A model generated the notes under the pieces. That model did no database searches and was not told where the DNA came from. It worked only from the letters and a program-made list of their open reading frames with translations. Shown here piece by piece: positions 1-11,280 of a stretch of 64,000 nt of DNA (position 1 is its first letter; each line of letters starts with the position of its first letter). Location: positions 222,773,741 through 222,837,740 of the forward strand of contig CM041465.1 of assembly GCA_023213395.1 (NCBI GenBank), given 5' to 3'. A program made the translations under genes and the position numbers. This stretch comes from Cycas panzhihuaensis (lineage: Eukaryota; Plantae; Cycadophyta).

Positions 1-22
1 ACATTTTCCATTGAGTTAGATT

Positions 23-263
23 TGTTAACGTTTTTACTTAGATTTTTTTATTGTTTCTCTTAAGTCAATGTTAACTTAGAGTCTTTAGTTAGAGCACAAG
101 TTATGTTATTATTAAAAGTCGTGAAAAGTGTTTTCTTTTGGCTCTCTCTCATTGGCTCCTGTTTGTGGCCTTTAAGGTACATGTATATAAGAATCTCTCA
201 CTAGTAAGTAATGAGAAGAAGACATTATTCTAGAGCAAAATGCTTGTCTGTTTTTTTCTAACA
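23..263 (+). repeat. 5' LTR of Copia 23-3915
   Basis: Aligns by eye to 3634-3915 and ends CTAACA directly before the PBS. Confidence 0.88.
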
Positions 264-275
264 TGGTATCAAAGC
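264..275 (+). promoter_or_regulatory. Primer binding site (tRNA-iMet)
   Basis: TGGTATCAAAGC, one mismatch to TGGTATCAGAGC, abutting the LTR end. Confidence 0.9.
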
Positions 276-589
276 AGGATTGAAGGGACCATCTATTGGA
301 GTCTTTAGTTTTCTCCCTATATCAATCCAAGGAAGTCTAAAGGGACCACTTGGTGGAGGCTTCAAAAGACAATCCTAGGAAACAGTACAACCTACAAATT
401 GAGTCTATACATAAGTGCACATACCTATACAAGCAAGGAAATTTCGAATCTGTCGGATCGAGACAAAACTTTCCTAGATTGAGCACCTCTTTATGGAGAT
501 CAGTTTTCTCTAAAGGATCAACCTCAAATTCGACCTTCATCAATAAGAGTCTGAGCTTTTTTTAAAATACGAGTTTTAGTATTCCTCAG

Positions 590-3500
590 TTGATTTCTCT
601 TCACCTGCATTCTGATAGTGACTTTGTGGAGCTTGGGGATAATTCCAACCTAAAGATTGGAGGAAGAGGAACTATTGTTGTTAGAATCAAAGGAGAAATT
701 TAGAAAATAGGCAATGTCCTTTTTGTACTTGGCTTAAGGAAAAATCTTTTATCTGTCTCACAACTAAAGAAGAAGAAAAAGCTTTGTATTATCTTTGATG
801 GAGATTAATGATTCATTTGTGACAAAATGAAAAATAATACTATAATAGTTGAATGAATAGAGACTAATAAGTTATATAAATTAGTCTCTACACCTATTAT
901 TTAAACTCTCTCTGTATACAACTTTGATAATAATAAAATTTGGCATTCTCAGTATGGGCACATCTCAAATGACAAGTTAAAAATGCTCAAAATGTCTGAT
1001 ATGGTTCATGGTCTTCCAACTATCTCATTTAACTCTAATGTCTATGAAGGGTGCATGCTAGGAAAGCAACACAGATCTCATTTTCAACCAAGCACATGGA
1101 GAGCCCAAACAAAGCTTGAACTAGTACACAATGATTTACGCAAACCAATTTCCCCAAATTCCATCAATGGTGCTAGGTATTTCCTCACCTTCATAGATGA
1201 TTTTCGCAAAAAAGTTTGGGTGTACTTCATTACCAACAAATCAGAAGTTTTCAATGTATTCAACGAATTCAAAGTTATGGTTGAATTAGAGAGTGGGCAT
1301 AAGCTTAAAGTCCTAAGGACAGATAGGGGAGGGGAATACACCTCTAATGACTTCTACAAGTGTTGTAAAACCCATGGCATTCATAGGCAGTTCACCACTG
1401 CTTAGACTCCCCAATCAAATGGGGTCGCAAAAAGGCTTAACAGATCAATAATAGAAATGGCTAGATGCATGCTAAAAGAGAAAGGACTCTCAAATGTTTG
1501 TTGGGTTGAAGCAGTCAATGCTACAGTCTACCTTCTAAATAGATGTCCCACTAGTGCCCTTGAAAAACTCACTCTTGAAGAAGCTTGGCACAAAAAGAAA
1601 CCAAACATTTGCCATCTCAAAAACTTTGGAAGCACTAGTTATGTACATATCCCAAACCAAAAAAGAACTAAGCTAGATGATAAGAGCATCAGATGCATCC
1701 TAGTCGGATACAGTAACAAGTCCAAAGCATATAGATGCTTGGACTTGAAGATAAACAAAATCTACAATAGTAGAGATGTAACCTTTGATGAAATGTCAAA
1801 GGAAGAGATCTAAGAAGTTGCCTCCCCCAAAAGATTAGTATAGGGAGAAATCATACCTCCTCAACAGTCAATATGAAATCAACCATTAGTTTCACAAGAA
1901 GGAAATGACTTGAGAGAAGGTACCACAAATATTATCTCTCTAGTAGTGAATGGACAGCCAAGGAAATCCTATCAATCTTATACTAGAATACCCAAATGGC
2001 ACCTAAAAACCTTAGAAGATTCTAAGGGTGAGTCTTTCAAGTAACAAACTAGGCTTCAAAAATAGCAAGTCTTGATTTGTTCTACTAAACCACAAAATTA
2101 TAAAAAGGCCTACAGAGATGAAAGATGGAAAATTGCAATGGAAAAGGAACTTCTTACCATTAAACAAAATGAAACATGGGATCTGGTACTGCTGCCCAAG
2201 GAAAAACCCGTAGTTAGATGCAAAACAGTTTATAAGACTAAGGAAAAACCTAATGGGAGCATTGAGAGATATAAATCTTGACTAGTTGCCAAGGCATATA
2301 CCCAGACTGCAAGGGTTGATTATGAAGAAACTTTTGCTCCAGTAGGCAAGATGATCACAATTCAAACTGTTATAGCTCTAGCAACACAATGTAACTAGAA
2401 AATTATATAGCTCGATGTAAAAAGCGCCTTTCTAAACAAAGATCTAGCAAAGGAAGTTTATATGGAGCAGCCTCCTGGCTTCATAAAAGAAGGTAGTGAA
2501 CAATTAGTTTATTGGCTAAAGAAGGCCCTTTATGGACTGAAATAGGCTTCACAAGCATGGTATGAGAAACTAGATATGCACCTCAAAGAGAATGCACTTA
2601 GAAGATGTGAATTTGATCAGAGTCTACACATAAAAAATAAAAGAAAGAATCTGATCACCATAATTGTTGTTTATGTTGATGATCTAATTGTCGCATGGAA
2701 TGACAATGATACCATCAACCAAGTGAAGCAAGAAATGGAAGGCAAATTTGAAATGTCAAATTTTGGTGAACTTCACTTCTATTTGGGAATTGAAATATAT
2801 CAGAAGGAGAATGGAATTTTTTATTTCTTAAGAAAAGTATGCAAAAAATCTTCTCAAAAGATCCGGAATAGAGGAATGCAAGCCATGTGCAACTTCCATG
2901 GAAACAGGTTGCTCTTTGACAACTAATGATGAAGACAAGGATGTTGATGAAACTCTCTACCGATAGTTGATTGCCAGTCTTATCTATCTCACAGCAACCA
3001 AACCAGATATTTCCTATTCCATGGGAATTGTCTCCACATATATGAGTAAGCCCAAGATTGCACACTAGAATACTGCAACATGCATCCTAAGGTATGTTAA
3101 GGGCACCGTGAATCTCGGGCTAAACTATAACAAGGCTATAAAGCCTAAACTAATTGGATACAGTGATTCAAATTGGGTTGGAGAGAAAAATGAAAGAGAG
3201 TCCACCACATGTTACTACTTCAGCTTAGGCTCAACAATCATTTCATGAAGCAGCAAAAATAGTCAACTATAGCTCTATCATCCACAAAGGTTGAATACAA
3301 GGTAGTAGTAAGTGCAACCTGTGAAGCAATTTGGCTAAGGCAAACTCCTTAAGAATCTAAGTCATGATGTGTCCGAAAAAACTTAAATATACTGCGACAA
3401 CTAAAGTACCATCAAGATGACCAAGAATCTAGTTTCTCATGCTAGGACAAAGCATATAGAAGTCCATCATCACTTCATCGGAGAAAAGGTCTAAAGCAAG

Positions 3501-3617
3501 GAAATTGAACTTCAATACCGTTGTAGTAAATAACAACTAGTAGACATTCTTACCAAACCTCTAGGAAAGGATAAATTTCTACATCTCAAATCTCTTCTAG
3601 AAGTCAAGGAGGAGTAA
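590..3617 (+). pseudogene. pol: Copia pol remnant (PR C-terminus, GAG-pre-integrase, integrase, RT, RNase H)
   Basis: Motifs VELGDN, RYFLTFIDDF, LRTDRGGEY, KLDDKSIRCILVGY, VYVDDL, RTKHIEVHHHFI, broken by many stops and frameshifts. Confidence 0.95.
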
Positions 3618-3633
3618 AAACCTTAAGGGGAGG

Positions 3634-3787
3634 TGTTGAGGTTAAGGTTTTTACTTAGATTTTTTTATTATTTCTCTTAATTCAATGTTAACTTAAAGTC
3701 TTCAGTTAGAGGACAACTTATGTTATTATTAAAAGTTGTGCAAAGTGTTTTCTTTTTGACTCTCTCTCATTGGCTTCTCTTTGGGGC

Positions 3788-3846
<59 letters not shown>

Positions 3847-3915
3847 ATCTCACTTGTGAGTAATGAGAAGAAGACATTATTCTAGAGCAAAAGACTTTTT
3901 TATTTTTTTCTAACA
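3634..3915 (+). repeat. 3' LTR of Copia 23-3915
   Basis: Follows the PPT, matches the 5' LTR and contains an (AT)n expansion. Confidence 0.9.
3793..3842. repeat. (AT)~25 microsatellite
   Basis: Directly visible perfect AT run. Confidence 0.97.
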
Positions 3916-4035
3916 AGACCCAAGCATAGTTCACTCAAATTGGGCAAACATAGGAAGCTTGCAGCTAAATATTGTGCATTGTTCAAGATATTGAAGTGAC
4001 TTGGACCCGTGGCCTATCGACTTGCCTTACCTCCA
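3916..4035 (+). pseudogene. Gypsy integrase C-terminal (SH3/GPF) fragment, continuous with 1-22 across the Copia insertion
   Basis: Joining 1-22 to 3921 onward gives IFH*VRxKHSSLKLGKHRKLAAKYCALFKILK*LGPVAYRLALPP, matching the KLAPKYxGPF...GPVAYRLxLP motif. Confidence 0.85.
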
Positions 4036-4039
4036 AAAG

Positions 4040-6117
4040 ACACAAATGTTCAAGTTAGTCAGCTTGGCTAAGGCAACCATAGTATCGAGGAATTTGTGGC
4101 AAAAGAGTTCCATCCACTTAAAACTAGACATTACAAAATTGAGACAATTCATAGCTTGTAAGAATAGTTGCAAAGTTACAAGTAAGATAGTGAGAGAAAT
4201 CTAAGGAACTATGAAATGATGCTTCATGACATTCAAAGGGCCATGGAGCAAGAAAGGACTAAAAGGGGAACTCAAAACACGAGGAGTAATGGAAGAAGGG
4301 CGAGATCACAAGAACCATCAACCTTGAGACATACAAGTAGAAGGACCCAAAGATGGACTAGTAGTAATAGCATTGAAAGTAGCCCCAATGGAACTAAATC
4401 TTCTAACAGAACTCCAAGGGCGAGATCGAGAGAACATAGACCAAGAAATAAACACTTTGATTTGAGTTACAAAAGGTTAAACTGCCTACCTTCAATGGAG
4501 AAATCAAAGATGAAAGAGAAGTTGAGGTTTGGCTCATGAACATTGAAAAGTACTTCAAGCTATAGGAATTTACTTCTAATGAGAGAGCAAAAATAGTTGT
4601 GTGCAATTTGATAGAGAAAGCAACCATGTGCTCGGAACACCACAAAAAGGTGAAAGGGATTTATGTTGGAGTATATTCATTAAATATTTTAAATGGAAGT
4701 GCCCTTTTAAACATTACTTTTATAAGAAAGCATAGGCTTTATGTGATCTGAAGTAAGGGAAGTTGTCAGTGGAAGAGTATGAAAGCCAATTCATGGGCCA
4801 CCTCCAATATGCTCCTTACATTCAAGAAGGTAAAGTAAAGATACATTGATTCATCAGAGGCATGAAGGAGGGTATATAAAATAGAATCAAGATTCACAAA
4901 CCAAGAGTTTAGAGGAGGCCATATGCAAAGCAAGGTGCTATGAACACTAGTGGGTGAAGTAGTAAGACAACCGTGTCTACTAGAAAGGAAAGTCCCTAGA
5001 TAAATTGAAACTGCAAAAGAGTAATTTCTAACCTCAACAACAACACCAAGATGTAAGGAATTTTGGTCAACTCAAGGTAATTTTAGACCGAATCAGTACT
5101 ATGGGAATGCACCTAGACTTATTGAGCCCCAAAGATGTTATCAATGTAATGAGCTGGGACAATTAGCAAATAGGTTTCTGTGATGGCAAGAAATGAGAGG
5201 AAGAGCCTATAATATAGGGGCACAAGCAACAATGGTTGATGAAGCCTAAGAAGGGTAACTAATACACATATATGCTACCATTGACAATCATTAGATGAAC
5301 CATTAATCAATAATGGTACAAGCACCAAGTAAGATAACTAGTCAAGATGTTATCATATTAATTGATTTAGGTAGAAGTCATAATTTCCTAAACCCCCAAA
5401 TTGTAGAAAAGTGTAGGTTGAAGACTTAAGGACATAAGGTTGCATGGACTGTATGCATGGTGAATGGGAATAGGAAAAAGGAGACAAAATTTGTCCCAAA
5501 CCATGGGTTGGAATGGGGAGGATGGGATAACCAAGCCACATTCCAAGTATTACAATGTGGAGACTATGATGCCATAATAGGCTTGGAATGGTTGGTGAAA
5601 CACAAAGCCAAGATAGACTCTTATAACAAGGTGAGAGAGTGCCTTGATGACAATAACCAACCCAAGTTCATTTAGAGATGGAAGCTTCCAATCACCATCC
5701 AACAACTATCAACTACTCATGTGAAGAAAAGATTGTTAAAGGACTATCATGCTTATGTAGTGCATGTTAACAAGGAGGGTAGTCAAAAGGGACATAGCCT
5801 TGAGAATTAGTCTATAGTGAAGGAGTTTGTTAATGTATTTCTTAAAGAATTTCCAGGTCTACGTCCAAAGAGGGATGTAGATTATGCGATTGAATTAAGT
5901 CCAGGGACTGAACCACTTTCCAAAGCATCGTATCACATGGTTGCACCTAAGTTAGTAGAATTAAAGATGCAGTTATAGGAATTTCTCAGTAAATGTTTCA
6001 GTTGACCTAGTGTATTGCCATGGGGAGCGTCAATTTTATTTGTGAGAAAGAAAGACGAAATGCTACAGTTATGTATTGACTACAAAGAGTTGAATAAGGC
6101 AACGGTGAAGAACAAGT
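4040..6117 (+). pseudogene. Ty3/Gypsy (Tekay/Del-like) gag-protease-RT N-terminus, truncated by an insertion at 6118
   Basis: WLMNIEKYF (gag), CYQCNELGQLA knuckle, ILIDLGRSHNF (protease), [31 protein letters not shown] (RT). Confidence 0.9.
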
Positions 6118-6658
6118 TGTTGAGAATGGCATTTAGCCTTCAATAAACCAAGATCTAAAAGATGGTTTCTCTCTAGTTCTAGAATCAAGGAGATCTACAC
6201 TTGACAATGAAAGCTTAATCAAGTAAACAAGATAAAAGACTAAACATAAAAGAGCATGAGCAAGATGATACCAAAATGAGGAGACGATGGAATTGGTCCA
6301 ATCTCCAAATGAATATTAGTTTGATTACCAAATTGGCAGCATAACAATACAGCTCAAACTCTAGAGAAACATGAGAAGTGGTCTCAATATATAGAGTTAC
6401 AGAAGAGACCTAAGGCATTGGATGCTTGACAAGTGTCAAATATCCAAGCTACATGCTTTGCATGTAGGAAGTGTCCTTTCAGGCTCTCAAGTGAGCAAAA
6501 GTGCATGAGGGTCATTTGGCCCTTAAGTGACAATGTTATATCACTAGGAAAGAATGTGGGTGTGCACTTTATCACTTAAGTGATAAGCCACCCCATAAAG
6601 TACAAAATATACATGAAATAAAGTACATATACTTAACATGTAAACATAAGGTTTAACA
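6118..6658 (-). repeat. 3' LTR adjacent to PPT
   Basis: TG...CA termini, interrupts the Gypsy RT frame, and a C-run (PPT on minus) follows directly. Confidence 0.8.
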
Positions 6659-6679
6659 CCCCCCCTTATTGTTTACAAT

Positions 6680-6912
6680 GTTAAGCTGGACCCCTAGACC
6701 TTCTCTAAATTTTATAATTTTTTCTCTACCAAGAGGCTTGGTAAAGAGATCTGTTGTTTGTTACTCTATAGGGCTATATTGGAGGTTGATCTCATTGTTC
6801 TACACATGCTCTCTGATGAAGTGATGATGAACCTCAATGTGTTTGGTCCGCACATGAAAAATTGGATTCTTGGCCAACTTGAGCACACTCTAATTGTTGC
6901 AGTACATCCTCG
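6680..6912 (-). pseudogene. Copia RNase H C-terminal fragment
   Basis: MYCNN*SVLKLAKNPIFHVRTKHIEVHHHFIREHV...DLFTKPL. Confidence 0.9.
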
Positions 6913-8666
6913 TGGCAATAATACATGCTTCGCATTTAAAGGGCTTAGAGGAGAGCCTAAGCAAACTGGGAAGAGTGGCTTGTAGTTCTCTTAAACGATC
7001 AATTTTGATATGGCCCATACGAGCATGCCATAGGGCCGCTTGGGACAACTTTTGAGGAGTCAGGGTTGTGGTAAAAGCAGAGTCATCATCGACATAGTTG
7101 GCTTCAGAGGATGGTGAGCCAGTTAGGCGAAAAAGTTTGCCATCAAGAATTCCGATCATAACTACAGCATTTGAAGGAGGGTGAATGACACAGAGACTTT
7201 GATTGTTTGTAGTTACACTTAGATCAAATCCACGAGAGACAAGGGTGGGACGGGGAGGCGGATTACGCAGAGCAGGAATATATAAAACATCAACAAGTGT
7301 AAAATCTGGAAGGCCTGAGAGTTTCAGGCAAATAGTTCCAAGTCCTTTGACTAGCTGAGATGATTTGTCAGCCATGTGTACAACACCACGAACTTCAGAG
7401 TCAAAATCTTGAAAGAACTGACGATGACAAGTCATGTGTTGTGTTGCTCCAGTATCCATGATCCATGATGAAGTATTTGAGGTTGCACTATTTGCAACTC
7501 CAAGTGGTCAAGGCAAAAGTGAATAAGTATAACCACAATGAGCCTCAATATAATTGGTGAATCTATCAACAACATTTGATGAAGTGGTCCCAATTCTTTG
7601 AAGGTATGCATGAGCAAATTGCATTCCACCAAAAGCATCTTCAAAAGAAGTATTATCAACATTATGTGCACCATGGCGCTGTTGATAACTTGGTAGTTTG
7701 TTGGTGACAGTTCTGTGATTTTTTGCATAATATCCTTTTCTATTACACCTTTGGCACACAATGGTTTGATTTCCAGTCCAAGTATTAGGCTGGTTGGATT
7801 GTCTCTGATTACTGGATTTAGGTCTAGGTTGATTATTTTGGCCTTGGCCTTGAGACTGTTTTTGTTGGAGTTGAGGAGCCTGTTGACTAAGAGGACGTTG
7901 TCCTTGTTGTCTACCTCTTCCTCTTCCATGGGAATTACCACCTCTACGAGAGTATTGACCTTGATTTTTGGTATAACAAAGATCTTCTTCCACTTCAAAA
8001 GCAGCATCAACTGGATCTGATGTAGTGGCAAAGTTGGTATCAAAGGTCTTATCAAATTCAATGAACTTATCAGCAAGATCCTCAAAGTTTAGGGTCTTCA
8101 AAGTGCCACTAGATTGAAGACTTCCCAATAGATTTTTATAATCTAGGATATGGAGACATGACTGAATCAAGAAAGTCCATGTAATGCATTGAGTTTTAAA
8201 ATATTTATCAATGGCTTGCTTGATTGGATGAAGGAGATTGATTGTCTCACTTGTATGTCCTTTTTGCATTTTCAATTTGTTCATCTTCAACACTAAGTGA
8301 ACAAATTCTAAGTCTGATTTAGTGTCAAAGTTCTTCTTAAGAACTTCAAGAACTTTCCATGATGTATCATGTACAGTTTCATCAATGAGATTATGTAGGG
8401 AATAATCAGTGACAAGCAGTATCCCTGCACGGATTTTATCATCATCAAGTGCCCATTGGCGTTTAGCTGCAGCTTCAGTGGGAGCAGTTGGAGCACCTCC
8501 TCCTGAAGCAGCTGTGGTAGCTGTTGCTACAACAGATGGTGTAGGTTGCAAGTGATCTCTCCATAAACCTTCATACTTTCTGAGATTTCGACACGATGAA
8601 CCACATGTCCCAATTTTCTTTCCCTTTTAGAATGCAGTTCACATTTTGCTTGAATTGTGAAGACAT
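6913..8666 (-). pseudogene. gag: Copia gag, protease and GAG-pre-integrase (frameshifted)
   Basis: Probable ATG at 8666 (MSSQFKQNVNCILKGKENWDMW). ORF 7508-8551 is gag with CQRCNRKG. ORF 6890-7459 has DTGATQHMT, LWHARMGH and CEAC. Confidence 0.88.
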
Positions 8667-8830
8667 GGTGTCTTTTTAGAAGGGAAGAAATGAACAAGGG
8701 ACTAAAAAAGTGATAGCAATAAATGACCAATCACTATTTACAAATGGGAAATGTAATGTAGTGTAGCAAAAGGAAGAAGAAGTGAGAATGGTTGCTCAAA
8801 GATGAAGGGAGCAACTTAGAGAAAAGTCAC

Positions 8831-8955
8831 CAACACTTGTGACAAATATTAACTTGATGCAGCAGGAATATAAGAAGCACTATGATAAAAATTGGCCACT
8901 AACACTTGTGGCAAATATTAACCTGATGCAGCAGGAATATGAGAAGCACTATGAT
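8831..8955. repeat. Direct duplication, ~56-bp unit, ~69-bp period, in Copia leader
   Basis: AACACTTGTG(A/G)CAAATATTAAC(T/C)TGATGCAGCAGGAATAT(A/G)AGAAGCACTATGAT occurs twice. Confidence 0.9.
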
Positions 8956-9830
8956 TGTGATTACACTATGGATCACTTTTTACAAATAAGTATATGATCA
9001 ATATACAAGATTGTAGGCCAATGTAGAAGCTGACATCATTGGGTTTACACAACTTGAAACTCAAATGTAGTATGCGTAATCAACCCAATAACGTCTAACT
9101 TGTGTCCAACATGTAGTTGAGGTTGTTGAAGGGATGCCTAGGCTTCTAGTAGAATTAAGTTGGCCTTCACCCGCGATACCCGCAATTGTGCTTGGTGATG
9201 AAATCCAAGTCACAACGGAGCCCAGGTAATCCCAATCCTCACCAAGTTCACCAATGAGCAGTTATATACCTCCTCTACAGAGTGGTACGTGCATACCCAT
9301 GGCTATGATGGATATTGGATTGGGTATATTTTAATCTTGTATTAAAGTTTCAGTTTTCGCGGTTGGTTATCAGGATGATCCCTGATTGAGGCACGATGGT
9401 ATGGCTAACCAAACCTCACCAATATTCCGATTTAGTCCAGTCCCAACTTGAAACCCATACCTCCTTTATGGCACGGCATTCTACCAACCAAGGTATCTCA
9501 ACCTTGGCAAGTGTGTGAACAGGTACAAGATGGCAGAAAATAGCATACGTGATGCGTTCCTTTTAGGAAGAATGAAAAAATTATCGAATTGCATCAAACG
9601 TACATCTAACTGAAAATAGAACGCTTGCTTGGAGTGCTTGCTTGAAGTGTTTTTAGAGTGCTTGCATTGAGTGATTTTAGAGTGTTGAAATGCAATGCTA
9701 ATAAGTGAGTGAAGATATTGGATATTGCTCCGATCCAGGTGTTTTGTTCTCACTTTTACAATGGGATTTTAAGCCTTATAAAAAGAAGGAAGAAATTTTC
9801 TTCACTTTTTTTTTGTTAATACAAAAGAAA

Positions 9831-10210
9831 GTAGTCTTCACTAAATCAACAATAACTTTCTCCCACAATGTCAAAATGGAGTGCCGGTTTTTGTGCTGCA
9901 AACTAGACTCAGAGCTTCATCTTCAGAAAGTGGAATAAGGTCCAAATGATTTCTGAAAAGTTTTTGGCAGCCTCGCAAAGTTAGGAAATTATATTTTTCT
10001 AGAATTCTTACTAAAAATAACTGCTGTTCACTAAAATAGCAATAACTTTCTCATACAATATCCAAATTAAGTGTCAGTTTTTGTGCTGGAAAGTAGACTC
10101 GGAGTCTCATCTTTGACAATTGGAATCACTTCAATTGGAGCTCTGTAGAAAATTGTGTAGACCTATGAAGTTCAGCAATCAAATTGTATTTCTGCAGAAA
10201 TTTTAACTTA
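9831..10210. repeat. Degenerate tandem repeat with 190-bp period in Copia leader
   Basis: AATAACTTTCTC at 9851 and 10041, each followed by GTTTTTGTGCTG...TAGACTC. Confidence 0.85.
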
Positions 10211-10239
10211 CTAATATCTCATTAACACATGATACCATA

Positions 10240-10990
10240 TGAAATTTCCACCATGTTTTGATCACCAAGATCCCAATATGGGCAAGGTGAGAGCATACAA
10301 TGATGAATATTTTAAATGGCTCAAAATTCTTCAAAAAAAAAGGGTAAAACTTCCCCTTACAATCATTCTTCTAAATGTTAGAAAAATTTCGGCAGCATTT
10401 CCCCTTATTAAATGGACAAAAAAGGGAAAAGAAGAAGAAGAATAAGATAGCATGAATGGCCACCAAAGGATTGGAATCCTTGGGCCTTAAAACTCCTTGT
10501 ATTATGCTTCCAAACCTACAAAAGAGAAAGGAAAAGCAAACAATACAAAATATGCTATCATAATAACTTGAAAATATTTCTAAATTCACTTTCACAATCT
10601 CCTTCACCACATGGATTGTGGGGGAGAAGGAAGTGATGGCTCCATTGCAAGTGTAAGTGAGGAATATAAAAGAAGCAAGCTATGATACCACATGAAAAGA
10701 GTGGATGTATCCTTCATCTCCATGCACTAAACACAAAGGCAAACATGGGAGCAAGAGAGACTTGAGAGAAAGAAAGTAGCTCTCACAAAATGGAGAGGTA
10801 AGAATGAATCTCCTCCATTGAGCTTTTACTTTTATATTGAGAGAGGGAGCATTAGAGTTAGGTGAAATGAAATTACACATAATGCACATAAAAGTGCATT
10901 TCACTTAAGTGATCTAATTTAAAGTTCACTTAATACCCTTTTTAGAAATAATCAACTAATATAATGACCTTGTGACATTAACCCTTTTCA
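10240..10990 (-). repeat. 5' LTR next to PBS
   Basis: Terminal inverted repeat TGAAA/TTTCA, GATACCA (PBS on minus) 2 nt away, and Gypsy integrase resumes at 10991. Confidence 0.65.
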
Positions 10991-11240
10991 CATATATTTC
11001 ACATTTGCTACTTAAAAAGTATGTGCCTGACTCTAAACATATTTTTGATTGAATTGCCATTCATCCAGGACTAGTGTTAGAATTCAAGGAAGAACCACTA
11101 CAAATTCTAAAACACCAAAAGAAGAAATTACAGAATAGAACAATCAAACAAGTATATGGAAGCATTTAACTCCAATAGAAATTACATGGGAGTTAGAGGA
11201 AGAGATGCAATAGCAATACCCCGACATGTTTGCAGAAAAG
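10991..11240 (+). pseudogene. Gypsy integrase tail with chromodomain
   Basis: FH..LLKKYVPDSKHI...EEPLQIL...LQNRTIKQV..WKH...TWELEEEM..QYPDMF, followed by PPT AAGGGGAGAGGGA at 11268-11280. Confidence 0.85.
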
Positions 11241-11280
11241 AGTCACATCAAGGTCGATGCTTTTGATAAGGGGAGAGGGA

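Larger units (their letters stand above)
23..3915 (+). mobile_element. Ty1/Copia LTR retrotransposon, decayed, gag deleted
   Basis: Similar LTRs at 23-263 and 3634-3915 (TGTT...AACA). PBS TGGTATCAAAGC at 264-275, PPT AAGGGGAGG at 3625-3633, degenerate TSD AGATT/AGACC. Domain order PR-INT-RT-RH. Confidence 0.93.
6118..10990 (-). mobile_element. Chimeric/deleted Copia: LTR-PBS-long leader-gag-PR // RNase H tail-PPT-different LTR
   Basis: Right LTR 10240-10990 (TGAAA...TTTCA) with PBS at 10231-10237. Left LTR 6118-6658 (TGTT...AACA) with PPT at 6659-6668. The LTRs do not align well, there is no TSD, and INT and RT are absent. Confidence 0.8.

Noticed and set aside
7432-8085. 217-aa minus ORF and antisense ORFs over pol regions
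   Set aside because: Alternative-frame shadows of gag/pol with no independent motifs.
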